In this document: positions 35,181-44,335 of the stretch, in pieces | Position numbering within the stretch: the first letter of the stretch is position 1 | Layout: each line of letters starts with the position of its first letter | Source: Dehalococcoidia bacterium | Lineage (GTDB): Bacteria > Chloroflexota > Dehalococcoidia > Dehalococcoidales > S120 | Assembly: GCA_011192075.1 (NCBI GenBank) | Contig: DUER01000142.1 | Coordinates: 16,910 to 61,244 of the forward strand | Length of the DNA: 44,335 nt | Reading direction: 5' to 3' | The notes under the pieces: generated by a model | Told to the model about the DNA's origin: nothing | Seen by the model: the letters and a program-made list of their open reading frames with translations, nothing else | Database searches by the model: none | Program-made: the position numbers and the translations under genes

Positions 35181-35981
35181 TTATAGTATTTTGGCCTCCC
35201 TGAGTTTCAGGGCTAGATTAGCTGCGGCCTCTTCAGCGGTTTCTCCCTCTATAACTTCAACCTCACCTTCATGAACCGGTTGGTATAGCTTGAGCGTTTT
35301 GGTTCGTCTACCAGCAGCCCCGACTTGGGCAGGGTCCACCCCTATGTCAGCCGGTTTCCAGATAATAGGCTCCTTCTTTTTAGCTGCCATAATCCCTTTT
35401 ATGGTGGGGTAACGAGGCTCACCAAGTTCATTGCTTACTGTAATCAAGGCAGGTAACAGTATCTCAACAACCTCATAGCCATCAGCGGTTACCCTTTCCA
35501 CTCTTGCCTTACCGTCAGTGATGTCTATTTTTTGGGCTAAGGTTACACTAGGCAGCCCTAGTATCTCAGCAATACCTGAGCCTACCTGCCCCGCATTCCA
35601 GTCAGAAGCTTCCCTGCCACACAAGATAAGGTCATAATCGCCTATTTTCTTGATTGCCATAGCTAGCGCATAAGCTGTTGACCAGCTATCACCTTCGGCA
35701 AAAGCCTCGTCCTCTAGCAGGACAAGCTCATCAGTTCCCATCGATAGTGGCTTCTTTATTACATCTCTAAGCTGGTTTATGCCTAGGCTGATAGCTGTGA
35801 TTTTGCCACCCAAGGCGTCCTTAATTCTTAGTGCTGCCTCTATGGCATATTCTGCGTAGGGGTCGATTATCGGTGGCACCCCAGCTGGCGGCACCACCTT
35901 ATTACTGGTAGCGTCAATCTTGAAGCTGGCTGGTGGTGCTTCAGGGTCAATCACCTGCTTGACGCAGACCACTATATTCAT
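35181..35981 (-). CDS. etfB: Electron transfer flavoprotein beta subunit
   Basis: MNIVVCVKQV.DPEA......D........G....I.P.D..A.E.ALR.K.....K....S.G... is the typical EtfB sequence. Confidence 0.9.
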   Translation of the reverse strand: MNIVVCVKQVIDPEAPPASFKIDATSNKVVPPAGVPPIIDPYAEYAIEAALRIKDALGGKITAISLGINQLRDVIKKPLSMGTDELVLLEDEAFAEGDSWSTAYALAMAIKKIGDYDLILCGREASDWNAGQVGSGIAEILGLPSVTLAQKIDITDGKARVERVTADGYEVVEILLPALITVSNELGEPRYPTIKGIMAAKKKEPIIWKPADIGVDPAQVGAAGRRTKTLKLYQPVHEGEVEVIEGETAEEAAANLALKLREAKIL

Positions 35982-36011
35982 TGTGCCTTCCTCCTTCTTG
36001 TCGGGGACTCC

Positions 36012-36920
36012 TTAGTCTTGAGGTGGAACCTGAGTGACCAGTTTAGCATCAGAGCAATTACGTGTCAAGCGCAGGCTGACTATACGGTCTATGCCGCTTA
36101 AGTCTGGCATGACTTTTACCTGAGCCGAGGGGAAGAGGCTGCGCAAGGAGATGGTTACTGATCTTGCTTGTTCCAGCCCAATCTCAACAAGCAGACAACC
36201 ATCAGGGCGAAGCCTATCGCCTACCTGTCGGCATAGCTGGCGTATTTTGTCCAGCCCATCCTTACCACCAGCTAAAGCTATCCTTGGCTCGAATAACTGT
36301 ATCTCCGGGCTCAACTCTTCTATTTCGCTATCCCTAATGTAGGGTAGGTTGGCTACTATGAGGTCAACTGACTCAGGGAGGACTTCCAGCATATTGCCTA
36401 ATAGAAGTTGAACCTGATTTCCTACCCGGTGTCTTTGGCAGTTTATGGCAGCTACCTCTAAGGCAGTTGCTGAGACATCAACGGCATATATTTTTGCTTG
36501 GGGTAGATGCAGGGCGAGAGTAATGGCGATGGCACCACTCCCGACTCCCACTTCAACTATTAGACGGGGATAGTTTTTTCTGGCCGGGTGCTTACTGGCA
36601 AACTTCAGTGCTTCCTCCACCAGTAACTCGCTTTCTGGGCGGGGAATAAGAGCTCTAGGGTCGATGTAAAAATCCAGACCGTAGAATTCGCAATGCCTGG
36701 TGATATAGGCGGTTGGCTCATGACTAAGGCGTCGTTTAATCAGATTCCAGAAGGTTTCATCCTGTTCGGGGCTTAGTTCTTGGTTGAGGTTCTGATAGAG
36801 CTGAACCAGACTTATCTTTAAGGCATGTCGTAGCAGTAGCTTGCACTCTAAGGTGGCGTCTTCAATGCCACTGGCGACTAGGATTTCCTGGGCACGGCTG
36901 AGAGCTTGTTTTAGGGTCAT
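36012..36920 (-). CDS. prmC: Peptide chain release factor N5-glutamine methyltransferase
   Basis: HemK/PrmC layout: ..EP.AYI.....F.GL.F.....ALIPRPE.E.LVE, SAM motif VEVGVGSGAI, catalytic motif here NLPY (usually NPPY). Immediately downstream of prfA. Confidence 0.88.
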   Translation of the reverse strand: MTLKQALSRAQEILVASGIEDATLECKLLLRHALKISLVQLYQNLNQELSPEQDETFWNLIKRRLSHEPTAYITRHCEFYGLDFYIDPRALIPRPESELLVEEALKFASKHPARKNYPRLIVEVGVGSGAIAITLALHLPQAKIYAVDVSATALEVAAINCQRHRVGNQVQLLLGNMLEVLPESVDLIVANLPYIRDSEIEELSPEIQLFEPRIALAGGKDGLDKIRQLCRQVGDRLRPDGCLLVEIGLEQARSVTISLRSLFPSAQVKVMPDLSGIDRIVSLRLTRNCSDAKLVTQVPPQD

Positions 36921-36927
36921 ACTGTTG

Positions 36928-37986
36928 CTACCCCAACCGTTTTGTCCGGTCGTTGGTGGCTAGGGCGTCAATAAGTTCGTCAAGTTCTCCCTCTAGTATC
37001 CGGGGTAGGTTATGGAGGGTTAGACCGATACGGTGGTCAGAAATACGGTCTTGAGGGAAGTTGTAGGTGCGTATCTTTTCAGAGCGGTCGCCGGTGCCTA
37101 CCTGAGAGCGGCGCTCTCTGGTTAGTTCCTCTTCTTGTTTACGCTGCTCTATATCCAGGAGTCGGGCTCGGAGCACTGACATAGCCTTCGTTCTGTTTCT
37201 TAGTTGTGAGCGCTCATCCTGGCAGATAGCTACTATTCCGGTGGGCAAATGGGTGATGCGTACCGCGGTGGCTACCTTATTTACATTCTGCCCCCCGGCA
37301 CCACCACTGTGATAAATATCCGTTTTAAGGTCATCAGGATTGATAGAAATCTCTACTTCATCGGCTTCAGGGAGAACAGCCACCGTAGCGGTTGAGGTAT
37401 GAATTCTGCCTGAAGATTCAGTGGTAGGCACTCGCTGTACTCGGTGGACACCTCTTTCATACTTAAGCCGGCTGAAGGCACCCTTGCCTTTTATTTCAAT
37501 TATAATTTCTTTAAAGCCGCCAATGCCGATTTCATTACTATCAATAATGTCTATTTCCCAACCTTTGGACTGGGCATATCGGGAATACATGCGGAATAGG
37601 TCAGCAGCAAATAGACTGGCTTCATTGCCACCGGCTCCAGCTCGGATTTCCATAATGATATCTTTGTCATCATTGGGGTTCTTGGGTAAGAGGGCAAGCT
37701 TTATTTCCTGAAGTAGGCGGTCTTGCTGTGACTCGAGCTTTTCTATCTCCTGCTTGACTAAAGCCGTCATCTCTTCATCCAGCCCATCACTTAGCATGGC
37801 TCTGGTTTCTTCTAAGGACTTGGAGGTGGCTTTATATTCCCGATACTTGGCGACTAGGCTTTCAATACTGGCTCTCTCCTGAGCTAAGACCTGCAATTGT
37901 TTTTGGTCAGACGCTACCTCAGGCGTAGCCATTTGCTCATTTAGCTCCTGGTAACGCTTGTCTATTATTTCCAACCGGTCTAGCAT
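36928..37986 (-). CDS. prfA: Peptide chain release factor 1
   Basis: RF1 tripeptide PTT ([14 protein letters not shown]) and GGQ ([12 protein letters not shown]). Confidence 0.95.
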   Translation of the reverse strand: MLDRLEIIDKRYQELNEQMATPEVASDQKQLQVLAQERASIESLVAKYREYKATSKSLEETRAMLSDGLDEEMTALVKQEIEKLESQQDRLLQEIKLALLPKNPNDDKDIIMEIRAGAGGNEASLFAADLFRMYSRYAQSKGWEIDIIDSNEIGIGGFKEIIIEIKGKGAFSRLKYERGVHRVQRVPTTESSGRIHTSTATVAVLPEADEVEISINPDDLKTDIYHSGGAGGQNVNKVATAVRITHLPTGIVAICQDERSQLRNRTKAMSVLRARLLDIEQRKQEEELTRERRSQVGTGDRSEKIRTYNFPQDRISDHRIGLTLHNLPRILEGELDELIDALATNDRTKRLG

Positions 37987-38008
37987 AATTGGCCCTACCT
38001 CTGCCTGA

Positions 38009-38037
38009 ATTATATCATAGCTTCAGATGGTGCTTAA
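38009..38037 (-). promoter_or_regulatory. Candidate prfA-prmC promoter (TTAAGC-17-TATAAT)
   Basis: Minus strand: TTAAGC (complement 38032-38037), 17-nt spacer, TATAAT (complement 38009-38014), 22 nt upstream of the prfA ATG. Confidence 0.35.
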
Positions 38038-38270
38038 AGTTAAGGAGTAGTGTTTGGTTTATCTAGTCACCCTCTTAATCCCCAATTGAGGATGAGTGTA
38101 TACGCCACTATATACCAAACTAAATTGGGTACCTCATGCGTGAAGAATGTAGTTACTACTTTGGGGAGGGAGTATGTGTTGTTCGCTGGAGATTAAGGTA
38201 ACATTTCATCAATTCGTTAAATTGGGTAGTATTTCGGCAAAAATAATCCGCGTATAATTAATTAAAGATA

Positions 38271-39371
38271 TTATGAATCCCCCTTCGGTTTAACTACAGT
38301 CCCGGGCGGGATTTTGCTGCCTGGTTCCAGTTTACAGCCACTAGCCACAGTTACATTATCTCCCAGCACTGAGCCATGTATGATGCTATTGGCATTGAGG
38401 CGGCCATTGTCAGCTATGATGGAGTCTCTTAGGTTAACCCCCGGTTCTAATCTAGCGTTTTTCCAGATAATGGATGCCTCAATTACAGCTTCTTCCGAAA
38501 TTGTACTGGCTGAGCCGATAACTAACGGGCCTATCAATTTAACCCTGCGCCCAATAGTGCAGTTGCTGCCTATCAGTATCGGTCCCTTTATTTGAGTTGT
38601 AGGGTCAATAGAGCTTTGCTCCACGATTGCTATCTCCTCACCTACAGGGTAACTATGCTGGACACTACTGCCGCTGAGCAAGTCTCGATGTAGCTGGAGG
38701 TACTTTTCCGGGGTGCCTATATCTATCCAGTAGACAGTGGAGGGATAACCATAAATAGGCTCACCTTGGTCTAAAAGTAGCGGAAATAACTCGCGTTCAA
38801 AGCTGAAGTTAGTTTGAGGTGGGATTCGGTTTAGGGTATCGGGTTCTAGAATATAGGTGCCGGCATTTATCATATTGGTAGTTATCTGCTTCCGACTTGG
38901 CTTCTCTAGAAAGCGGGTAACTCTACTCCGGGCGTTGGTTTCTACCAGACCATAGCTGGTGGGGTCGTCCACCGGAGTAAGGGTGATGGTTACTTTTGCC
39001 GTCCTTGCCTGATGAAAGGCTATCATAGCCGTAATATCAAGGTCGGTGAAGATGTCGCCATTTAGCACCAGGAAGGTCTCATCTAAGTATTTTTCAGCAT
39101 TCTTCACTGCTCCTGCAGTTCCTAGAGGAATATCTTCTATTATGTACCTGAGTTTGACACCAAACTGGCTACCATTCCCGAAATAGCTTTCAATAAGTTG
39201 CGAAAAATGGCTTTGAGCTAGGATTATATCCTTTATCCCGTGTGAACTGAGGTGGCGGATAACGTGTTCTAAAAACGGAGTATTGAGGACAGGAACCATA
39301 GCTTTGGGTATATTGTAGGTAAGCGGGTGTAGTCTGGTTGCCTTACCACCTACTAGGATGGTTGCCTTCAT
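38271..39371 (-). CDS. NDP-sugar pyrophosphorylase (mannose-1-phosphate guanylyltransferase / glucose-1-phosphate nucleotidyltransferase-like) with C-terminal left-handed beta-helix
   Basis: MKATILVGGKATRLHPLTYNIPKAMVP... nucleotidyltransferase signature, plus C-terminal hexapeptide-type repeats. Confidence 0.8.
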   Translation of the reverse strand: MKATILVGGKATRLHPLTYNIPKAMVPVLNTPFLEHVIRHLSSHGIKDIILAQSHFSQLIESYFGNGSQFGVKLRYIIEDIPLGTAGAVKNAEKYLDETFLVLNGDIFTDLDITAMIAFHQARTAKVTITLTPVDDPTSYGLVETNARSRVTRFLEKPSRKQITTNMINAGTYILEPDTLNRIPPQTNFSFERELFPLLLDQGEPIYGYPSTVYWIDIGTPEKYLQLHRDLLSGSSVQHSYPVGEEIAIVEQSSIDPTTQIKGPILIGSNCTIGRRVKLIGPLVIGSASTISEEAVIEASIIWKNARLEPGVNLRDSIIADNGRLNANSIIHGSVLGDNVTVASGCKLEPGSKIPPGTVVKPKGDS

Positions 39372-39535
39372 TACTGGCTATCCCCCTAATTTTATCAAAC
39401 ATAAATTCAACCATCGTCTTATAACATGCTTATCTCAGCCCAGTCCACATTTTACCACAATCCTGGCAGAGTCTGCCGTTTGTTAATAGATGGGCTTGGT
39501 AAAAGAAGACGGCGAAGTAAGCTCATACCAGTTTC

Positions 39536-39564
39536 TTGTCGTTGGCTTGGTTTAATGATAGAAT
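39536..39564 (+). promoter_or_regulatory. Candidate promoter for the MBL-fold hydrolase gene (TTGTCG-17-TAGAAT)
   Basis: TTGTCG at 39536-39541, 17-nt spacer, TAGAAT at 39559-39564. Confidence 0.35.
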
Positions 39565-39628
39565 AAGATTCTGTGTCAGTTAGAGCAATTAGTTTTACTC
39601 AATATAGTAGATAAAACAGAGGTGTGCC

Positions 39629-40243
39629 TTGATTTTAAAAAAGCTTGTAGTAGGACCGTTTGCCTCTAACTGCTATATCGTGGGCTCTGAATCTGATAAT
39701 GAGGGGATGATAATTGACCCTGGTGCTAGCACTGAACAGATTTTGAGTAGTATTAAGGAACTAGGGCTTAACATCAGACTTATTGTTCTGACCCACGGAC
39801 ATATGGACCATATTGGTGGGGTAAAAGGGGTCAAGGAGGCAACTGGAGCTGAGCTGGCTATTCATAGTGATGATGCCAGGTTTCTCCGGCGGTTGTCATT
39901 AAGCACCGTATATAATCTTTCCTTCCCGCCTCCTCTAGAAAGGTTGCTTAAGGATGGAGATAGTATAGACATTGGCGGCTTACACTTCACGGTTCTTCAT
40001 ACCCCAGGTCACAGCCCAGGAGGTATCTGTCTCCTGGGACATGGGGTATTGTTTTCCGGGGATACTCTGTTCAATTATGGTATAGGTAGGACAGACTTCC
40101 CTGGTAGTAGTCACAACCAACTGATGGATAGTATCTCTACCAAGCTTATGGCACTGCCCGATGATACCGTTGTTTGTCCTGGCCACGGTTCTGATACCAC
40201 TATTGGTACCGAGCGCCGAGGAAACCCCTTCTTATCAACTTAA
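39629..40243 (+). CDS. MBL-fold metallo-hydrolase (glyoxalase II-like)
   Basis: LTHGHMDHIGG (HxHxDH motif), ...HTPGHSPG... and ...GDTLF....GR.D.P... TTG start. Confidence 0.85.
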   Translation: MILKKLVVGPFASNCYIVGSESDNEGMIIDPGASTEQILSSIKELGLNIRLIVLTHGHMDHIGGVKGVKEATGAELAIHSDDARFLRRLSLSTVYNLSFPPPLERLLKDGDSIDIGGLHFTVLHTPGHSPGGICLLGHGVLFSGDTLFNYGIGRTDFPGSSHNQLMDSISTKLMALPDDTVVCPGHGSDTTIGTERRGNPFLST

Positions 40244-40251
40244 TCTAAGTG

Positions 40252-42300
40252 CTAGAATAAGCCTGAGGTACCAATTAAAACTGGTGCCAGAACCAGAGCT
40301 ACTATGGACATCAGTTTTATCATAATGTTCAGGGATGGGCCTGCGGTATCCTTCATCGGGTCACCAACGGTATCACCGATAACGGCCGCCTTATGAGGGT
40401 CAGAGCCTTTACCCCCGAAGGCACCGGTCTCTATCCATTTCTTAGCGTTATCCCATGAGCCACCGGCATTGGAAAAGGTTACCGCGAGTATAAAGCCACA
40501 AGCAATAGCTCCAATTAGGAACCCGGCCAGTGCCTTTGGCCCCAGCACGAAACCAACAATAACCGGTGAAATTATGGTTATTAAACCGGGAGCCAGCATT
40601 TGCTTTATGGCGGCAGTAGTGCAGATAGACACACATTTTCCATATTCGGGCTTAACACCTTCCTTGCCTTCTAAAAGACCTGGTATCTTGTGGAACTGCC
40701 GGCGTACTTCATTGATTATGGAGAAGCTGGTCTTGCCTACAGCACTTAGGGTCATGGCACAGAAAACGGCTGGTAACATAGCTCCTAGGAATATACCGGA
40801 GATAATAAGGGGATCAAGTAAACTGATGTCGGCGAATTTGATGTTTGCTGCGTTGGTATAGGACAGCAATAGAGCCAGAGAGGTAAGCGCGGCAGCACCG
40901 ATAGCAAAGCCTTTACCGGTAGCTGCAGTAGTGTTTCCCAGGGAATCCAGGGCGTCGGTTCGTTTTCTAATCTCTGGTGGCATGCCGGACATCTCAACAA
41001 TGCCGCCGGCATTATCGGCCACCGGCCCATAGGCGTCAGTAGCGTCCTGTATACCTAGTGTTGACAGCATTCCGATTCCGGCGATAGCTACACCATAAAT
41101 ATCGGCCAGATTATAAGCCACAACGATGGCAATTACTACCAGAATGATGGGTGGTAATGTGCTCATCAGACCGTTGGCAAAGCCGGTGGTAATTAGCGTT
41201 GCTCCGCCGGTTTGTGCTGATTTTGAAACGTTAAGGGTTGGCTTGTAAGCGTAGGAGGTAAAAAAGTTGGTGCTTTCTCCAATCAGAACACCAGCCACGA
41301 GACCAACAAAAATAGCCCAGAATATACCCAGGTCGGCTTCAAGGAAATAAACACCCAGGAAAGAGAAAATAGCGGCAAGTATAGCGGCAGCGAAAGTACC
41401 CCGTCGGAGGGCATTGAGCAGGGCTCCCATTTCTACTTTTTCACCGACCCTTACCAAGAAGATGCCGATGATAGAGGCGATAATGCCTCCAGCAGCTACT
41501 ATCATGGGTATAAACCAGGCAGTTTCCATATCGGGCACTAGTGATTTATCTAGATTGATCGAAAAGAAGGCGACGGTAGCCAGCGTCATGGTGGCGATAA
41601 TCGAGTCAACGTATGATTCGAAGAGATCGGCACCCATGCCGGCCACATCACCTACGTTGTCACCAACAAAATCGGCAATAACTGCCGCATTTCGGGGGTC
41701 ATCCTCGGGTATGCCCTTTTCCACCTTACCGACTATGTCAGCGCCGGTGTCAGCCGCCTTGGTGTAGATGCCACCCCCAACCCTGGCGAAGATGGCTACT
41801 GACGAAGCGCCGAAGCCATAACCAGGGATAATGAACAAAAAGTTAGGGTTATCTTTAAAGATAAAGTAGAGAATGCTCAGCCCGATGATACCGATGCCAA
41901 CTACGCACATCCCCATTACGGCACCGCCCCGGAAGGAGACTCGTAAGCCCTGATTTAGGCTTTTTTCGGCGGCAGCCGCTGTCCGGCGGTTGGTCCTGAT
42001 AGCCATATGCATACCTATATAGCCAGCTAGACCAGAGGAGATGGCACCGAAGATAAAGGCTGAGGCAACCAGCCAGCCCAGGTCGGGTAGCACTCCTAGA
42101 ACAATAGTAACTACCACTACAAATATGGCTAATATCCTGTATTCACGCCCAAGGAAGGCTATAGCACCTTCTTTAATGGCATCTGATATCTCTCTTACTT
42201 TCTTTGAGCCTTCGTCTTGTCTTAGTACCCAGTAAGCCATGAAGCCGGCTACACCCAGCCCCAGAATCCCACATATGAGTGCAATAAATATTGGGTCCAC
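40252..42300 (-). CDS. hppA: Membrane-bound proton/sodium-translocating pyrophosphatase
   Basis: 682 aa, ~16 TM. Motifs [29 protein letters not shown]-like ([12 protein letters not shown]) and [26 protein letters not shown]. Confidence 0.95.
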   Translation of the reverse strand: MDPIFIALICGILGLGVAGFMAYWVLRQDEGSKKVREISDAIKEGAIAFLGREYRILAIFVVVVTIVLGVLPDLGWLVASAFIFGAISSGLAGYIGMHMAIRTNRRTAAAAEKSLNQGLRVSFRGGAVMGMCVVGIGIIGLSILYFIFKDNPNFLFIIPGYGFGASSVAIFARVGGGIYTKAADTGADIVGKVEKGIPEDDPRNAAVIADFVGDNVGDVAGMGADLFESYVDSIIATMTLATVAFFSINLDKSLVPDMETAWFIPMIVAAGGIIASIIGIFLVRVGEKVEMGALLNALRRGTFAAAILAAIFSFLGVYFLEADLGIFWAIFVGLVAGVLIGESTNFFTSYAYKPTLNVSKSAQTGGATLITTGFANGLMSTLPPIILVVIAIVVAYNLADIYGVAIAGIGMLSTLGIQDATDAYGPVADNAGGIVEMSGMPPEIRKRTDALDSLGNTTAATGKGFAIGAAALTSLALLLSYTNAANIKFADISLLDPLIISGIFLGAMLPAVFCAMTLSAVGKTSFSIINEVRRQFHKIPGLLEGKEGVKPEYGKCVSICTTAAIKQMLAPGLITIISPVIVGFVLGPKALAGFLIGAIACGFILAVTFSNAGGSWDNAKKWIETGAFGGKGSDPHKAAVIGDTVGDPMKDTAGPSLNIMIKLMSIVALVLAPVLIGTSGLF

Positions 42301-42380
42301 CAGTCATTCTCCTTTCTGTTAATATGATTCTGAAAGTAACAATACCTGCTTAGTCAGGGTAGTATACGTTTAATAACAAA

Positions 42381-42412
42381 AAGACGGGCGGTTTTCCTCC
42401 CGCCTTCTTTTG
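42381..42412 (-). terminator. Rho-independent terminator after the thiE/translin-like operon
   Basis: Minus strand reads GAAGGCGGGAGGAAAACCGCCCGTCTTTTTGTTATT: GGCGG/CCGCC core stem with a flanking AAGA/TCTT extension, then a T-run. Confidence 0.5.
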
Positions 42413-42448
42413 CAGTTTAGCGCATTTTCCGATGTAGGTCAATAGCAG

Positions 42449-43090
42449 CTAGCGGATATCCTCTTCAAGTTTTTTTAACTTATTCCCCAACTCATTTTGA
42501 CTCATAACCAAGGTCAGGTCACTCCGTGTTCTTTCTAGGACGCCACGAACCATATCGGTAGTGCGGCGCAAGCCACTAGTTATGGCATCAGGAAAGTCCA
42601 TGGTAATTAGAATACTGTAAACATCATCCATAGCAGATAGTAATTCCTCACCCTGAGATAGGTCTCCCCTTCTCATACTATCCAGGAGGTAACGTCGTAG
42701 CTCTCCCACAGCTTCACCCAATCCGTTCAAGTAGGCTGCGGGGTCTATGTCTAATTCATTGGGGTCAGGAGGTTGTTTCCTTGTTACCAGGGCGAGGGTG
42801 ATACTACCCTCAGCGAACTCCTTTTGGGCATCCCTGATAAAGCTAGCGTTGCTGAGTTCACTATAGGCAGTAACCGCTTGCTTTGCCTGGTTAAGGAGGT
42901 TACGGGCTGATTGAAGGCGTTCTTCAGCTTGGTCAAACTCCTGGCGATGAACGGCACGAATGGCCTGGCTACAGTGGCGGATGACTTCACGACATAGAGG
43001 CAATGCCTTTTCTCGGGCGGTATCTTTAGCGGAAAAGGTCTGCCGAATCTGGTCGGCAATCGATTCTAAGTTATCGGTTAGTCTACTCAC
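42449..43090 (-). CDS. Translin/TRAX-family protein
   Basis: ~210-aa all-helical ORF with ...DAQKEFAEG... (E..E) and ...AAYLNGLGEAVGELRRYLLD... plus ...LRRTTDMVRGVLERTRSDL, matching the Y(L)xGlxdxxGELxR and LRkk.D...vE...dl signatures I recall for translin/TRAX. The GTG start overlaps the thiE stop by 8 nt. Confidence 0.55.
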   Translation of the reverse strand: MSRLTDNLESIADQIRQTFSAKDTAREKALPLCREVIRHCSQAIRAVHRQEFDQAEERLQSARNLLNQAKQAVTAYSELSNASFIRDAQKEFAEGSITLALVTRKQPPDPNELDIDPAAYLNGLGEAVGELRRYLLDSMRRGDLSQGEELLSAMDDVYSILITMDFPDAITSGLRRTTDMVRGVLERTRSDLTLVMSQNELGNKLKKLEEDIR

Positions 43091-44156
43091 GGTGCGTTTC
43101 CAGTTCGTCTACAATTTGCCGAGCTGCCGCTTCTATGTCCTTTGCCTGTAGTATAGCACTAATTATGGCTGCTGAGTTAGCGCCGGCGGTCATAACCTCG
43201 CGGACATTATCCTTGGTTATGCCACCAATAGCCACTAGGGGCAAAGTTACCGCCTGTCTAATTTGACGCAGCCTATCTAAGCCGACTACCTTTGCCGTTT
43301 CCTTGGATGGTGTTGGGTATATTGAACCGACGGCAATGTAGTCAGCCCCTTCAGACTCGACAGCTACAGCCCGGTCTACAGTAGTTGTGGAACTGCCTAT
43401 GATTTTATCTATGGGTAGCAGCTTACGGGCGACTTTAATGGGCAGGTCATCCTGACCTAGATGCAGCCCATCGGCATCAGCAGCCAGGACTAAATCAAGG
43501 TAGTCATTTATTATAAAAGGTACATTATGCTCAGTACATAGCTTTTTCAACTCTCGGACTATTGGCAGCAACTCCTTTTTACTTAGGAGTTTATCGCGCA
43601 GTTGAATTGTCTTAGCTCCACCTCGAATAGCTTGAGTAGCGGCTTCGATATGACTACGTCCCTTGAGCGCTTGGGTATCTATAATGAAATAGAGTCCGGA
43701 GAGCTGCTTCGTCTTATCCTGGCGCAGTAGCCTGGAGAGCAGCGCCTGTTCAATTGAGTACAGATTAAATCGAGCCTGCTTGAACTTCTCTGAGTCTAAC
43801 CCGGGTATGCCGCCCGGAATCTTGGTCAGCTCTTCCATAGTTCTCAGCGATTCCTGAACCCTTCTGGCATTAGCCGTAACTATTACTGGTAGTTCCCTTT
43901 CCTTCTCTTCTCCCGAGACTTCGATATCAATGCCAACATCGCTTTCTGAGTTTCGTGCCTGAAGCAGCTGCTGGTGGAATGGCCAGTCGCTTCTTACCAG
44001 TTCATGTCGCATAGTCTTTAGCTGCTTGGTTAAAGCGCGGTCATTCAGCAATAGGCGAGCTATATCTTCAAGCAGACGAAGTCCCTCACTAATGCGGTTT
44101 AGACTGGCATCAATAATGCGTAGTGTTGGCTGGGATTCTGCTTCTGATGAAGCCAT
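43083..44156 (-). CDS. thiE: Thiamine-phosphate synthase with a ~140-aa N-terminal extension
   Basis: C-terminal ~210 aa: LYFIIDTQ......IEAATQAIRGGAKTIQLRDK.......LC.EH.VPFIINDYLDLVLAADADGLHLGQDD........IIG.S........A...GADYIAVGSIYPT.SK......GL..L..I......PLVAIGGI (ThiE). The N-terminal part is helical and I do not recognise it. Confidence 0.85.
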   Translation of the reverse strand: MASSEAESQPTLRIIDASLNRISEGLRLLEDIARLLLNDRALTKQLKTMRHELVRSDWPFHQQLLQARNSESDVGIDIEVSGEEKERELPVIVTANARRVQESLRTMEELTKIPGGIPGLDSEKFKQARFNLYSIEQALLSRLLRQDKTKQLSGLYFIIDTQALKGRSHIEAATQAIRGGAKTIQLRDKLLSKKELLPIVRELKKLCTEHNVPFIINDYLDLVLAADADGLHLGQDDLPIKVARKLLPIDKIIGSSTTTVDRAVAVESEGADYIAVGSIYPTPSKETAKVVGLDRLRQIRQAVTLPLVAIGGITKDNVREVMTAGANSAAIISAILQAKDIEAAARQIVDELETHRE

Positions 44157-44158
44157 AT

Positions 44159-44335
44159 TTATAGTTTCTCTTTCACAGACTCGGGCAACTCACCCTGTCT
44201 AGATGCTTGAATTTGCTCCTGAATTTGAGCAGGCATATCCAGGCCTAATTCTTTGAACCTTTTCTCCGTCCAGCGACCTATATTACGAGGGTCTTTATAG
44301 TAGTCCGGACCTGAAAAGCGCTGGGGCTCGCCGGA
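44159..44335 (-). CDS. C-terminal 58 codons of an unidentified protein (5' end beyond the window)
   Basis: The open frame from the window edge reads SGEPQRFSGPDYYKDPRNIGRWTEKRFKELGLDMPAQIQEQIQASRQGELPESVKEKL*, with the TAA stop at complement 44159-44161, 2 nt before the thiE ATG. No family recognised. Confidence 0.4.
   Translation of the reverse strand, partial: SGEPQRFSGPDYYKDPRNIGRWTEKRFKELGLDMPAQIQEQIQASRQGELPESVKEKL

Noticed and set aside
1-44335. Search for tRNA, rRNA, CRISPR arrays, transposase/integrase genes and recognisable defence or toxin-antitoxin modules
   Set aside because: I found no T-loop/acceptor-like tRNA signatures and no rRNA-like stretches. There are no regularly spaced repeats and no ORF with transposase, recombinase, Cas, restriction or abortive-infection motifs. 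The window is essentially core metabolism and translation genes.

Overview
This window is about 45 tightly packed, mostly housekeeping genes from an anaerobic bacterium. The gene content (archaeal-type FBP aldolase/phosphatase, membrane pyrophosphatase, EtfAB, AmmeMemoRadiSam enzyme) suggests a Chloroflexota/Dehalococcoidia-like lineage, but that is inference only. Recognisable genes are coaE, rplU-rpmA-rpmE, hisI/hisA, fbp, rdgB, moaA, a RNase H-MoaC fusion, dnaN, purF/purM/purH, pncA-like/NAPRTase, tilS, tsaD, CIRCE-groES-groEL, an M16 peptidase, an EF-G paralog, etfBA, prfA-prmC, an NDP-sugar pyrophosphorylase, hppA, a translin/TRAX-like gene and thiE. I found no tRNA, rRNA, CRISPR array, transposase, integrase or obvious defence/toxin module, and no convincing novel multi-gene system. 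The unusual signals are smaller in scale. (1) Three conserved genes (rplU, hisA, purM) can only keep their conserved N-termini by starting at ATT or ATA behind a good Shine-Dalgarno. (2) A ~155-nt intergenic element occurs twice, and a paralogous locus acts as its 'empty site'. (3) A G-rich double-hairpin module recurs upstream of genes. (4) hisI and a decayed DUF2851 gene share a duplicated leader and first codons. (5) The DUF2851 pseudogene carries only nonsense changes. (6) A small XRE locus looks leaderless and has a candidate sRNA next to it. All functional calls come from reading the translated ORFs by eye; no database search was run.
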